DNA of 61,892 nucleotides, counting the filler, from Choristocarpus tenellus KU-1152 (lineage: Eukaryota > Protista > Phaeophyceae), in assembly GCA_964200185.2 (NCBI GenBank). It is 13 parts of 13 records of this genome, joined end to end, with 100 filler letters (N's around TTAATTAATTAA, not from the genome) between each part and the next. Parts side by side here need not be neighbours in the genome. Positions count along the whole stretch, not along the records: positions 6,632 to 13,924 come from CAXNAD020006386.1; positions 14,025 to 19,599 come from CAXNAD020010371.1; positions 19,700 to 22,876 come from CAXNAD020021759.1; positions 22,977 to 30,807 come from CAXNAD020005517.1; 9 more parts are not named here. One strand, given 5' to 3'. The notes beneath the pieces are model-generated. The model was given only the letters and a program-made list of their open reading frames with translations. It made no database searches and was not told the origin of the DNA. The position numbers were made by a program, and so were the translations under genes. Position 1 is the first letter of the stretch, and each line of letters starts with the position of its first letter. Positions 12,701 to 25,917 of this stretch are shown in pieces.

Positions 12701-13924
12701 TGCATACATATATTTTAATCCACCAGCACCCATTTAACCAAGGAGGGGGGAGATGATGTAGAAGATACTGGCAGACGTTACTACAGGATAGTTATTTTGC
12801 TGAAACAGCAGCATCAATACAGGCGTTACTGATTTGCCCTTCCAGGACAAAAACAACACCGGTACTTCAGATTTCACCTCTATTTTACACTTAATTTCAT
12901 CTTCCAGCAAAGACCAGTTCTCATGTAAGAAGACTTGGCACCAATGCACACATGGGTATACAAACTTCTGCTGAGGTATGCTAGTGCTCACACAATTAAA
13001 ATATGTAACTACTGGTACTGTGGCTGAGATTTCTTGCACTGATCTTGATATGTTCAAGATGCATTTGAAAGTATGTTACTGAGGCCTCACCTCTCCCTTC
13101 CATTTTATCACCATCCCAACCTATTGCAATGGATTGTAGATGTACCATCAACTAAGTAGCCCCTATTCCTTCACCAAATACCAACAATTTCCCCCTAATG
13201 GGGCCTTCACCTCCACAGGCACACCAAGAAGCTCACATCCAGGCTGTTTTGGAACAGGGAGAACAATCAGACAAAAAAAGTGGGTATGAGGCTGAGAAAA
13301 TACCAGTGGCAATTGAGGCTGGGGCGAACCTTGTAGCGGGTGCTGGTAGTAAACCAGGGGAACTTGAACCTCTAGTCAAGCGACGAGAAGGTGGAGATCT
13401 CACAAAAAAAAGTGTTATGGGGCATGTCAGACAAGAGTCACATGAGTGGGAGGAAATTTCAGTTCCAGGACAAGGAATGGGGGCAGAAAGATGGAGTGGT
13501 GAGGACTTGGACCATGAGCCCGCTAAATCACATCCTCCCTTAACAAGTCCAGATGACACCCAGGTTTCCGTGGCTCCTGTCACATTGCTGTCAGAAGTCT
13601 TGGTGGCTGTAGAGGGACCATTGACAAACCCCAACTCCCTGGAGCTAAATCATCCAGAAATCCTGGAGTTGCTAAGTAAGACTGGACCTAGTGGTAAGGG
13701 TAAGAGCAACATGCAAAGAGAGGACAAGGGATATACCCACATCAGAGAGAATGTTGACAGTGACAGGAGAATGGAGAACGGCAGTGTGCAGGCAGAGGAG
13801 AAGGAGGTCATGCAACTGCAAGAGAGGGAAGAGCTGCTACTGGTGATGGGGGGAGGGAGTGAGAAGGGGGGAGGGTGGGGAGAAGGGAGAGTGGACATTG
13901 CTGTAGATGAGGGCACAACCAATT
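9780..13924 (+). CDS. Putative secreted protein with Cys/PRP repeats, coiled coil and acidic tail; exons 9780-9962, 10076-10179, 10345-10447, 10986-11105, 11899-12048, 13219-contig end; 3'-partial
   Basis: Hydrophobic N-terminus MPSLKSLTWTAMVAWAGLVGNILA; all junctions phase-consistent; repeats ACVKARKSLPRPKVGRVCQEAF and ACDRRKREAPRPVVHKACVDGF; one donor is GC (12049). Confidence 0.75.
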
Positions 13925-14024
13925 NNNNNNNNNNNNNNNNNNNNNNNNNNNNNNNNNNNNNNNNNNNNTTAATTAATTAANNNNNNNNNNNNNNNNNNNN
14001 NNNNNNNNNNNNNNNNNNNNNNNN

Positions 14025-14093
14025 CCAAAAAACGCAACATAAAAAAATTGGCCCCAAACGGACAGCCGCCACCCCCCCCAGATACTTTGAGGC
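14025..14093 (-). mobile_element. MITE family A, partial at contig start
   Basis: GGACAGCCGCCACCCCCCCCAGATACTTTGA terminus. Confidence 0.8.
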
Positions 14094-17000
14094 TTCAAGT
14101 ATTGCAGAACATGGCCCCGTAAGGGGTATGTCCGTGTAGTCAACGTACGAAATAGCGAAGAAAGCGAAGATATAGGCCCTTGTCTCTATACCTATAATCA
14201 TTTGTGATGTATGAGAGAAATGAGGTAATGGAGGAAAACATTTTTACAGTTGTAAGGGGATAGAAGATCGAAGCAGAGTCACCTGAAAAAAACTCGTGGC
14301 ATGTGATTAGAGACTGTGGGAGTGTAACTTAACTCTCTCCCCTTCAAAACGTGTGAGGAGTGCTTTATCGTTGTTGTAGGTGAGAGCAGCAACACGCTAT
14401 CTGGTAGAACAACTGTACGCGGAAGTACTAACAGTTCAGTCAAGTTCCCAAAATATTGTTGAGAACAACCAAGAGAGAATTACTTTGAATGTATTTAAGA
14501 GAACAGTGGTGCAAATGCATAGTGACGTAAACCCTAAGCAGTTAGTTGAAATGCCCCACTGCAGGCAAGGTTCCGAATTCTTTGAAGCTTTGGTGTAGGT
14601 GCCAAAATTACAAGTATCTTGACATAAATGCCTTATTGCAGGATGCATCAGAATGCGAGAGTGATGCTAATATTGACAGGATGCGGAACATTACATGGTG
14701 AACACATCCTACTAGTCAGGCATAGCACAGAGGTTATACCATCGCATACAAATGTTGGTGCTTGTGTAAACAGTGCTCCCTTACCCATAAGTCTTGACTT
14801 GGGGTGACTCCTGAGGTTGATGTGGATGCATTGATAAGGGACAGGGGTAGTTGTATACTGGCATGAAGAGAAGAGATTAGTTTGATCTGAGAACCAAACA
14901 ACATGGGTTGGAAAATGCGCAACACAGTAGAATAATGGAGTCGAAGTATACGAGAGGTACCTAGAGCTGCAAATTAAGTATGCTGACAATATGTGCAATG
15001 CTCAGCTTCTATTTACAAATGCGTATACGATATATTCTGAATTGTGTTGAAAAGTCTCAAACAATAGAGAAATTAATGCTCTCAAGACAAACTTAGAACC
15101 TAATCCATAGAAATATGGATGAATTGGTGGGTGAATTGCAAACGAATAAAAGACAGACCTGAAATGCAAAACAGCAAAAACCTGGGTACCTCTCGTTTTC
15201 TTTTACTCAGAAGACATTTTGAGGACTAGAGAAGTCGACTATATATCACCTTGGATATCACAAGGATGTGTCATGGAGAAGGCATGCTCAACAATTGATT
15301 GTACTCATAGTGAGATACGTCTAGAGGGTTGCTGACAAGAATGGGGATCAGAGAGTGGAAAGCAATGTTCAATCGTTTATGTGAATTGGTATAGAACGCA
15401 ACTGTTCGATACTCGAGGTCAATCGAAAATTATATGAAAGAAAAATCTATTACACTGGGCATTTTATAGGGAAGCACGTGTTTCTTACTTTCAGGCATAG
15501 TGCAACTGCTGCTGCTGTTGTGTGGAAAGATGTTTGTCGTAATCAATACAGACTCTGTCGCAGTATTTGATGTGTTCTCATATACACTTCAAAATATGTT
15601 GCTTCTTTTCCCCATAACGACATCTGCAAAATGTCAGTGGGCAGATAACATTGTATCTTAGGCAAAGAGTACCCAGGGTAATTTTCGTTATGTTTTGTTT
15701 ATCGCATGTATGTAAAACATCAACGAACAACTTTAGCCTCAAGCATATCTGGCTTGTCAAGCCTGAGCAATAAAAAACGATTTTATTGCTAACTCGCCTC
15801 TCAGTAAAGCACCGAGAAGCTTTTGCCAACAATGCAATAAAACAATACATAGCCTACAGCAGCTATCATAGATACCAAGAAGAAACCTTACGCACACTAC
15901 TGGATTTGGTCTGTTTTCTTGTGTGAATAGCTAGTCATAATAGAAGACGTGTAGAACGACCACAGATCTGTTGCTGCTCTGAAGCTGTGAAGTTGAGGAA
16001 CAAATTGTAGCATTCAGGTTGCGACAGTCGTCATTCCAGGATGTCTACTAAAGTGCTATTTGCGAGAGAAGAAAACCTTAATTGCGAAGGAGTCAAGTTT
16101 TTGGGACGGAGGTAGAACACCATTTTGAGGTGTTCGATTTTTGTGCAGGTTATCTAGACGTGCAATTACTGGCACTCCCAGACCAAGTCCGTGCAATTGG
16201 TTCTTGGTATCTAGGGAGGTGGGCAGATGCGGTTTTTGTCTTGTCCTAAATCACACGTGGGTGAGTCACACGATATTCACATTTTCGTAATATATTAGCA
16301 TTTTCAAAGAAAGTGCAACATGTTATTTTTTCCGATCTCATGAATTAATTACAGGATAGAAGGGAAAGAGGGTGTATGATGACAGATGCAGTGTTACAGA
16401 TATTCACTGCTTTTGCATCTAGGATAGCTACTGATATCTTCATATTTCTTTTAAAAAGCAAATTTGCTTCACTTTAGTCTGGAGACTGTGCCGGTGGTCA
16501 GAGGCACTACGCACTATATTACTTGTCGGACTACTTCATACTGTAAGTATTGCTTCTTGGGCATTTGGATTCAACCAGCCCTCATCATGTGCTCAATGCT
16601 ACAGGTTATGCAAGCCTGTGATGAACCCATCACCTTTTTTTGTAACCTTCTGAGAAGCATCGATTGTATATTCATAATGAACTTACCGAAATCGTCGTAA
16701 CTGCAACATGCACTCTGAACATCTATCATGATGAACTCCTATTGACAGGCGAGAGAGTAAAGTTAGCGCACTTACTTGCGACGATTTGGAACAATGCTAC
16801 CATAAGAGATGGTCAGAAACAATATTAACAAATGCTCTCTCCAGTAATGTATCGCTACAGCAAGCTCCACAAGAATCCTCGCTATTTTTTTCCTGCAGGA
16901 GGGTTGGCTGTTCCCTTGTTCTGTTATTCTGCACTTCAATAGCTTCGGGATATGTTTTTTCGGCTTGCCCTACATCCTGAGGGGTTTGCGAGTGGTCATT

Positions 17001-20000
17001 GTTTCTGACAGAGGTGAGCAGTGGTGAACGTTTTTTTTTTACACTCTCCCTTTCCTCTGCTTTCGCAAGAGCTTCATCATTATTTTGATGAGGAATATTA
17101 CAGAAAGAGCTCCGTATAATGTGCAGCACATTAAGTAATATAAGTATGAAGGTCTCAGAATGAGATCATTCACGGGGCCTGCCAAGCTAGAAGTGGAATC
17201 TGCTGAGTAGAGTGAAGTGGTTTTCGATCAAGGGTCGGCCTAGGCCAACAGCTACCATGAAGTGCGAGTACATTACCAGTAAAAAAAACAAACATGAAAG
17301 CGTAAATGTTTGTGTATGGAATGTGTGCATGAGGACAGCTACGTGATCGTTTTGGGTTTCTTCCTTTTTGGTCTCGTTTGTATGCTCCCAGGATAAGTTA
17401 GATTTCAAGCAACGTTGGGGCAATTACTTCTTCAGTTGCGTAAAGATTAAGAGAATTTATCGCCTCCACCATCCCTACACATCCTTACAATGAAATGATC
17501 AAGTTATTGTCATATGGCGTGCCAAAAATGACCATGTATGGATTTTCAACTCCAACCCAAAGACTTTTCCAATGATTGGAATTCGCTTCCCAACATATGC
17601 CCACTCCTCATACACACTCATCCATAATTGTTAATATACACAGCTTCAATGCCACTAAACATAACTTCACATCTCAGTTTGGCGACAAAAATACTCTAAT
17701 ATCCTCAAGCGAAGAAATACCAACATAATCCTATTTGGGAGCTACTTCTCATGCGCCGCAGGAGGAATTATCCTTCAACAAGTGCTCCCTAACAGCTACG
17801 GGTGAGTCCATCATCCTGACCCATATCCCTAAATCTTGAACCTTCCACCAAATATACATTCCTGTCAAATCCAACCCATCACCACACCATACCATACCGG
17901 GTTCTCCAACCTATTATTGTACCACACCTTGGAAGTGATATTTATCTCCTTTAAGTCAACACAAGATGTGAGCCACGGTATAGTTGTGCTTTCAAAGAGC
18001 GTAGTTGTAGGTTGATGCACTCTGCAAAGGGAGGAGTGCTGAAGACGGGGATGCTATTGCGACAAAAAAATGATGGATAGGGTCATCACGCTCTGGCCTA
18101 GGCCTTGAGGAAGCAAAACCTCTCAAAAGGATGATATACTCACGAAGTAAGAGTTGGATATACTTTGACTACAGGTCGGCTACTTCTAGAGTCTGGATGC
18201 TTGGGAGTATCTACTGCCAATTAATACGCATACACCAATATTTGATGGGTCTAAGGGACAACGCATCGTTCTTTCACACCAACCTGATCCTAGGATATGT
18301 CATATGCCAACAAGTTCCTACTACAAGGGACAAGAGTTTGCTGATTAAGTAACTCTTTTGGTCGCTAGGTCCTATTAATAGAGCCTTACCCCCAACCCTA
18401 TTCCCAGAAATATTAGATGTGTGAGGTCTTGGAATCGTTCCCAAGCAAAAAGAAATAGCTTTAATATATGTATGTCTAGTTTGTCACGCACAAAAGTAGT
18501 CCTGTGGAGTTCAGATCTTGACACATATGAAGTGCTTCGAAGAGCAAGTAGCGATAGAACAATTGCCCAATAGAATGACAGAGGAAGTCGTTTGGGAAGA
18601 GAATTTGGGATCTACTCCAAAGGCATTCCTGAGTAAGTCAACACATCGAGCGAGCATTTGATGCATGGAGATTTGAACTGTGTGGGTTGCAATTTATATT
18701 GAATCTGCAGAGGCTTTGACACTGTCACTTGCCGTTCTTCCTCTAGTTCCTCACTCCAACACAGGCACATCATGTCACAATCTCACTGTTGAAAGCCCTA
18801 CAAACCCAGCTCTTCTTATTGTGTTTGCTTCAATGTGCTACTCCTCTTTCCAATGTCAAACACTAATCCAGGCCCAATCGTACCAAGTTTAACTGTTATG
18901 TCTTCGATGAGTGGTGGTTCTATGGCCCAGCTAATATTGCTCTGACAATTGGCCTATCACGGGTGTTCATCGAGCTTTCTCGTGTCCAGGACCGTATCAA
19001 CATGGCCAATGAAATTATTGCATGTGCACGCACCTGGGTGCCTGTTGCATGTAAGACATGGAATCGTGGGTAGGCTTTGGGTTGGATTTGGGTCAAGGAT
19101 AAGGTCAAAATGGTAAAAGTCAAGATATCTTCCCTGGTCATATCGCTAGGCTAGCTCCCACAGAAAATATCTGCAATGAGAAATCTTCTGGGGATGTTTT
19201 TCTCTCCCAATCTGACTCTGAGGAAATAGTAGCAATCGTAGGAATAAACTAAACACTCTACACAACCTTAGGGGTTGAAATTTTGGAATGTCAGGAAGGG
19301 GGGCATGTCGTTTCTTGCAATTTTCAAAAACCAATTTGATATCTTTCAATAACTGGCCAATTGAGACCCCCCCAAAATATTAAATTGACCTCTTCCTCGT
19401 AGAAAGGTATGTGGAACCATACGACCAGAATCATGATACGATACTCGCTTCAGCATATGCAATAATGTGTTTCCTCACCGTTTTTTGCAGGTAGGTGCAC
19501 TACTGATTTATATTTTCAAGTTTCAAACCTTCATAGAAATAAAAAATACCAGTTTTGTTGCGGTTTCACTCTGCCAAAGGGTCAAAGTATCTTGGGGGGN
19601 NNNNNNNNNNNNNNNNNNNNNNNNNNNNNNNNNNNNNNNNNNNTTAATTAATTAANNNNNNNNNNNNNNNNNNNNNNNNNNNNNNNNNNNNNNNNNNNNG
19701 AAGGGCTGGGCTAGATGTGGCAGTGAGGGGGTACAGGTGATCATCATGGAGGCAGGTAGACCCTCTCTATGATAGGCAAAGGAATATGTTGGTCAGATGG
19801 ACGAGAATCTGTTTCTACTTCAACTTGGAAGTATTAGAAGAATAAAAACGATAAATGGCTGTCACCACCCTCCAGTAGCAGGAAAGTGGTAGGGTCGACC
19901 GAAGGAAAGATATGGGCAAGGGTGAGTGAGCTGTCTTGTTGTGGTTATGGGGGTAGTGGAGGTAAGGTTAGGTTGTGAAAAGGAATGCTGTTTGTCACGA

Positions 20001-20166
20001 TGGTGTTTGTTGCACTGGTGTTGTTTAGCACAAGTTTGAAGATAAATACGCAATTACCACAACACTTTTTTTTTTTAACTTTTTTCCTGTGTTGTGCTGA
20101 CAATTAATTAATGCATTTGAGCAGACCATTGATGTGGTATGCAAACTGAAATAAGCCAGACGTGGC

Positions 20167-20168
<2 letters not shown>

Positions 20169-20197
<29 letters not shown>
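20169..20197. repeat. (TG)n microsatellite
   Basis: Direct reading. Confidence 0.95.
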
Positions 20198-20201
<4 letters not shown>

Positions 20202-21194
20202 CCACACTTTTAGTTATGTTAATAGTAGAATATTTTTCCAGATGAGAGTATTATTACATTGTTTGCTTTCACATACTTGTTTATAAATTGAGTAGTGGTA
20301 GGATTAGCTGAGGTGAGCTAAATGAAACAGTACATGAGCAATCACGTTTTGCGGATGGACCATGAAATCATTGTTCACTTAAACGACTGTATGCAGTGAA
20401 CATCCAAGTAAATTAACGTGCAGGGGATCGGTAAATATTCCTTCCCATCTCTGAAATTTCTACATTTGCCGTCCAATAAAATCTTTGTATTTATCGACGA
20501 ATTTTTCTTTCTAGGGTAGTAAAGTAATCTTAACAGTATTTCTGATATTTGAACGACCAATAATCTGTCTAGTGTTGACGTCGACGTCGATCAATAGAAT
20601 GTCACCAAGTAGGTTGATGTCAGTTCCAAGTTCTTTGTATGATACTGAGATGTATGGAAATTGTATCATCTAAAATTCCAATTTTCACTACTATAAATAT
20701 GAAAGAGAACGATAATCATGAAGTCATGAAGACCCTTAGTTCGTAAGGTGATATCAAATTAGGTGCATCGAAGTCATGTCCAACCATAATCCTAATGTGT
20801 AGCTCTTTTTTGTGCCATTCCATTTGCAGTGAGGGATTTTGGAGGGGGGGGGGGATGGCAATTCCGTAAGAGGTACACTAAGCCACCATTATTTTATTGT
20901 AGAATATTGGAATTTTCTGTTTGTATTTCAATCTTTTAATAAATATTAATATTCCATTACAATTTCTTTGTCGTCATACAACAGAAATACTACTGCAGTT
21001 AGTTGTCCAAAAGAATGAAAAGTTTACATATCAGACAATCATTTTAACTAGTAATGTGTAATTCACATTATTAGTAAGAAAAAACAAGTAGTGCAAATAT
21101 TTGTACATATGTTTGAAGTAATCGTGAAGATGTACTAACAATTTCTACCCAAGAATATTGTCCCACAAATCATATATGCTGACTACAACTCGAT

Positions 21195-21603
21195 GTTCCC
21201 TACCTCCTCACCCTAGGGTGCAGGACTAAGCTAGTTTGGAGGCACAGCAGGAGGGCAGCAGCGTAGCATAGCTGATGTTAAATAGTAAATACATCAATGT
21301 TTTTCACATTCATGACAGCTATTCCTTTTGGGGGGGAAATTCTGACATTTGAATGGTTTTCGTTGGTTTTTCCCCTGACACGTCTGCAAATTCTCAGAGG
21401 GCATAATAATGTATGTTGAGGAATGATGTACAAATCCTGATTTGTCAATATAACCTATAATAACCCCGAAAAAAGGAACAGCTGTCGTAAATGTGAAAAA
21501 CATTGGTGTATTTACTGTTTTACTAACAGCTATGCTACGCCGCTGCCCTCCTGTGCCTCCAACCTTGCTTCATCCTGCACCCTAGAGTGAGGAACTAGGG
21601 AAC
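21195..21603. repeat. Imperfect inverted repeat, arms ~21195-21335 and ~21464-21603
   Basis: GTTCCCTA..CCCTAGGGTGCAGGA..GCGTAGCATAGCTG..CAATGTTTTTCACATT is mirrored on the other strand. Confidence 0.85.
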
Positions 21604-21695
21604 CATCCCAAAATCTAACAAACCCCTCCTTACCCATCTCCCTGATGTCTCCAGCTTTAAATGCATGGCACCTCTAGAGAGATAGAGCCACTTGT
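21510..21695 (-). mobile_element. 3' tail of CRE-like non-LTR retrotransposon
   Basis: Reverse strand GGAGATGGGTAAGGAGGGGTTTGTTAGATT matches 36096-36125, which directly follows the endonuclease ORF, and 29434-29480. Confidence 0.7.
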
Positions 21696-22409
21696 GTTAC
21701 GACAGACAGAATCTGTTGTAGACGGGATTTCCTTAGATGTATTATTATGGACAGGGGTCCTTACGATATTGAATTGACTTTTCCACTCACACATCCACAA
21801 AATGTTCGAGCGGATAATAATATATCTTTGGGAGATGGGAGAGTGGGACGCAAAATATCTTTAATATATTTATTATTATACTTTGTGACATTTTCCAGAT
21901 GTGTCAGGGAAAAAGTTGAAAAAATAAAATTATCAGCATATTTAAACGATTTGTCCCTATTGGTCGAGAGAAGATAATTGTGTCTCACACATCTGTCCCT
22001 ACCTCGTCTTGACAAACAAATCTTACCTGTTGTGATGTAGCACGAAAGTATAATCTAGTTCTAATCTTAAATTGTGATCTAATACGAAAGAACAATCTTG
22101 TTCAAATCTTACCCAGTGATTTAACTGAAAAGAACGATCTTCTACAAATCTTATATGGTTGAAAGTAGGAAGTACAAATGTTAGGTATGTACTGACGCAG
22201 TTACATATAGTCGTTGGTTCCGTTGGTATTCCATGATACTACAAATAATGTCACTCCCTTTTCTTAATCGTCATTGTGGAGTCCCCAGTAGGGTCCTGGG
22301 TGATATGATGTCTCCAGTGTGTGGCGTTGGGGTCCTTTGACTTTTATATGCATTAAGAACATACTCTCGGAACATTACTACATACGTTGGTGCTTGGTCA
22401 TCATGTATG

Positions 22410-22658
22410 TTACTATTGTTATACCCTGCGACATTTTGCAGATGTGTCAGGGTCAGTCCTTGTATTTTACGTATCAGTAAATCACCACTCCAGTGTTAGA
22501 ACATGTACAAATAATATTTAGTGTAAGTGGTACTCAAATAGTGAGTTATCTTTCGCGTTTACGCCTACGGATACTTTTACAGAGGCCTTTACAATATTGG
22601 TTTGGCTTTTTCTCTGATACATCTGCGAAATGTTAGAGGCCATAATAATAATATATAT
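22410..22658. mobile_element. Repeat family C: element bounded by inverted copies of a hairpin-containing end
   Basis: Left GACATTTTGCAGATGTGTCAGG and right CTGATACATCTGCGAAATGTTAGAGG; related ends at ~6137-6235, 15618-15645, 21310-21412, 21750-21825, 21870-21915, 29145-29265 and 29593-29688. Confidence 0.65.
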
Positions 22659-22659
22659 A

Positions 22660-22876
22660 AGAGCGTCAGCTTCATCCCTCCCTCAACTAGTGGGAACAGA
22701 AGATCAAGGGTGCCCCTGTGTACCTCAGCCACACATAGCAAGAGTCCTGGTAGGACCTCGGAGGGTCTCAATGAAAGCCAAGTGGCGTATGCTGCTGAAG
22801 GCATTTTTGCCATCTAGGTTAATAACCCATTCACCACACTCGTTTCTTAGTTAGGCAGAAGTTCAGCAGGACACAC
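22660..22876 (-). mobile_element. CRE-like reverse transcriptase fragment (domain 3 region), frameshifted
   Basis: Reverse strand reads VINLDGKNAFSSIR (DxxNAFNSxxR motif), then EVLPGLLLCVAEVH..LLFPL. Confidence 0.6.
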
Positions 22877-22976
22877 NNNNNNNNNNNNNNNNNNNNNNNN
22901 NNNNNNNNNNNNNNNNNNNNTTAATTAATTAANNNNNNNNNNNNNNNNNNNNNNNNNNNNNNNNNNNNNNNNNNNN

Positions 22977-23054
22977 CAAATCACTCAAAAATTGCAACAT
23001 GAAAAAATGAACCCCATATGAACAGCCACCATCCCCCCCCAGATACATTGAGCC
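22977..23054 (-). mobile_element. MITE family A, partial at contig start
   Basis: CAGCCACCATCCCCCCCAGATACATTGAGCC terminus. Confidence 0.75.
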
Positions 23055-23144
23055 ACAAAGAGGACACTGGTGCATTTTACATACATACATACATATATAC
23101 ATATATGTGTGTCTCTTATATGCTGCCCTCATATAAGGATGCAA

Positions 23145-23405
23145 GAGCCAAAGTATCTTATTAGAGGGTAGAGCCGCGTCCATTTGGGGGTCAAAATCCA
23201 ATGTCGTGATTTCGATGTATTTTTAGCTATCATGTTTGTTAGGAAGTGTAGATATCCTTGTACAAAATACACCTTTTCATAAAGTATAAATTTTCCTACT
23301 CTGAAATATTTTGTTGTAGGAAAATATAATTTAAAAAAACATGAGAAGCCAAGCCCCAAACGGACAAACAGGGCAAAACTCGTACCCTCTAAGATACTTC
23401 TACTC
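23145..23405 (-). mobile_element. MITE family B
   Basis: GAGCCAAAGTATCTT..TACCCTCTAAGATACTTCTACTC; only 3 bp (CAA) duplicated in the flanks. Confidence 0.85.
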
Positions 23406-23774
23406 CAATAGTTCTTGTTGGAGGAGGCAAAAAACAAAAAAGCAGCCATTGTGCAGTGAACTCTCCCTGCGTTCACAAAACATTTTTCCTCTCTCAGGAG
23501 GGGCATCACTACCCCTTTTTACTGTTCACTACGTACCCTTCCCATCTTCACTGCCCCCCTTTTAATTATAGTATTCAAAATATGCTCCAGCGAAAGCGAG
23601 AAGATGTTTCTCCTATCCAACGAACACACGCAGTGTATTGTACCTGAAACAAGGTTCTGCGCCATTCAACATCTGCACAACTGGGATGCTCTATGTATCA
23701 TATGGACAGAACTGGATCATTCTATCCTGTGAGATTCTGTGCCCTCCCAAAATCAATAGTATTGCCAAAACTAG

Positions 23775-25917
23775 CTATTGGTATGAACTACTGCTGTGCA
23801 CCTCAGAATTTGTATCTACCATAGCTACATTCTCCTCACATTTTTTGTGAGATTGAACAATAGTGTGCATAGGGAAAGGGAGTATATTTTCCCGTTCAGT
23901 GCACCCTGCAAAGAAAAGTACTGGAGAGAGAGAGTCCTCTGCTTGATGATGGTCTCCAACCAACTGTATCAAACAGTGTGTCAGAGCAGATTGTGATGAT
24001 GGTGTTTGCTAAGATCATATATTGCTTCATTTATCCAGGTGGTGTTAATGCCCACCCTGAAGCATTCAACAAGGAATAGCATCAAAGGACTGATAGTGAG
24101 ACACATATTTGATTTCTACAAAATAGGACGAACACCAGCCTACCTGCGATTTCAACCTATCGATCTCTCTCTTGAGGCTGTTCACCAGTGACTGTGCTTC
24201 CTTCTCGCTCTGCTGGGACTTCATAGAGGAGTTCACTGCCCTATCGCACTCCTGGGCATGGTCCATGATCGTTAGGTCTTGGAGCCATATCAATTGAGTC
24301 TGATGATGCCCTAAACCTCAAACGGTGGAAGGATACACTGTGCAGGACAGTGCACATGTTGACAATTTTTCTGGTGGTACCACGACTCCACGCAGAATAC
24401 CTTTGTGACTCATGTTTGGGTCTATGACTTGTTACTCTTCACAACTGTGTGAAGGCTTTATGGTTTGGTTCAAAGTATCTGGGGGGGGGGGTAGCGGCTG
24501 TCCATTTGGGGTCAATTTTTTCATGTCACGATTTATGGGTGATTTGGTTGCATGCGTCGGATGGATAATGTCGGTGCACTTTTCCTGGTTTTGACCCAAA
24601 TGGACAACCTGGTGTAGACCCCCCCCCCCACAGACACTTTGAGTCTTTGTACACGAGTACTTACTAGGTCTTCAAATAGATATATTGGCACGACTTGTTG
24701 TGAAGAAAACAAGAGTCCTGGACCTATTCGGGTTTTTTTGTCCAGACCACTACAAGACACACAAAGAAGTTGTTGGATTCCTGTGTACCTGTCGAAGGAG
24801 GGCCATGGTTCGTTCATCTTCTACTGTCACCTTGATTGCCACCTGAAGCTTATTTCCTGTCCAAAGGTTGTAGGGGTAGGATAGTCCTGAAAGGAGTCAT
24901 TCACGGCTAAGTAAAAGTGTGGCGAAATACTTACTTGCCTATTACTTTGGAGGTAACTCTTGTGGTTTGAAGGGCCGAACCAACGCGTACTCCAGTAGTC
25001 GCATGCTCTTTACTACATTTCATATGCTGAAACAGAGCACATTCACTTCACTTAACTCACCGCTTTCCACCAGCTCAGATTTCAGCTGATCACACTGTAG
25101 AGCAGTTGTTAGAAGAGCGGGCAGAAAACATAATGAGAAGGCCACGATAGAGATGCAGGTATTCAGGTATTTCGTCCTTTTGAGGACAGAACGCTGGAAT
25201 TTGGATTCGTGGGCTATGATGTAAAGGTGGTTCCGCTAAGCATATTCGTGAAGAGGATTGCAAATAAGTCCGAGTATATTTCGAAGACTATACGAAGTAT
25301 TTTTCTGATATTATTGAAAAGGGGCTATTCCCCTCGCCCCTTGTGGACAAATCTATTTGCTGTATAGACTGAAATATCTCACAGAAGGAATATGGAGCTA
25401 TTGTGAGTATCTGCAGATGGCCGCAAAATTGCATGGGCAATACTTTGTAGAGGGAAGGGTGAAGCGAGAAATGGAGTAGGGGAAATGTCACCATTGATTG
25501 TTGAACTACTTAAACGTCTGACGACGATATTATGCTCAATACATTTGAATGGCCCTTATTATAGGCATCTTGCACTCTAGAGCTCGTACCCTTTCGATTA
25601 GCCTTCGCTCGTTGTCCTTCGAATCCTCTAACGCGTTATGGATCCTGCGAAACTGGTTGAGGCGACAAGAAGCACAAGGGGTTTTGGGGATATCGTATGC
25701 GATGGGGATGGCGGAAGGCGAGCCTTCAGGCTCTGGTGATCTGGGAGCTCGTAGACGTGAAAATGTTGGTCAAGACAAATGGTGGAGGACGATATACTCA
25801 AAGTCGCAAAGCTCTACAGAGCTTCTTGAAGGAGGACTCCTCTGTTCCTGATCAGACCTCGGCGACAAAAGAAGTCCACGCCCTATATCCTTCCGTAAAT
25901 TTTAGGCTCTGATCCAT
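23775..25917 (-). CDS. CFAP58-like coiled-coil protein N-terminal region; exons 25917-25858, 25652-25590, 25094-25061, 24310-24144, 23963-(23802 or stop at 23775)
   Basis: Spliced product FVAEFRRIHNALEDSKDNERRLIERCDQLKSELV..SEKEAQSLVNSLKREIDRL parallels the CFAP58 N-terminus as I recall it (EYERLH..KKSYDNEKRLMAKCRELNAEIV); all junctions GT-AG and in phase. Confidence 0.65.
24467..24645 (+). mobile_element. MITE family A, full copy in an intron
   Basis: GGTTCAAAGTATCT(G)n..(C)nACAGACACTTTGAGTC; TTT on both flanks. Confidence 0.9.

Noticed and set aside
14380-17130. Scattered exon-like or decayed ORFs on contig 4
   Set aside because: Could not build a phase-consistent model or recognise a domain
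20375-20680. AT-rich protein-like minus-strand frames, possible viral relic
   Set aside because: No recognisable motif; multiple stops
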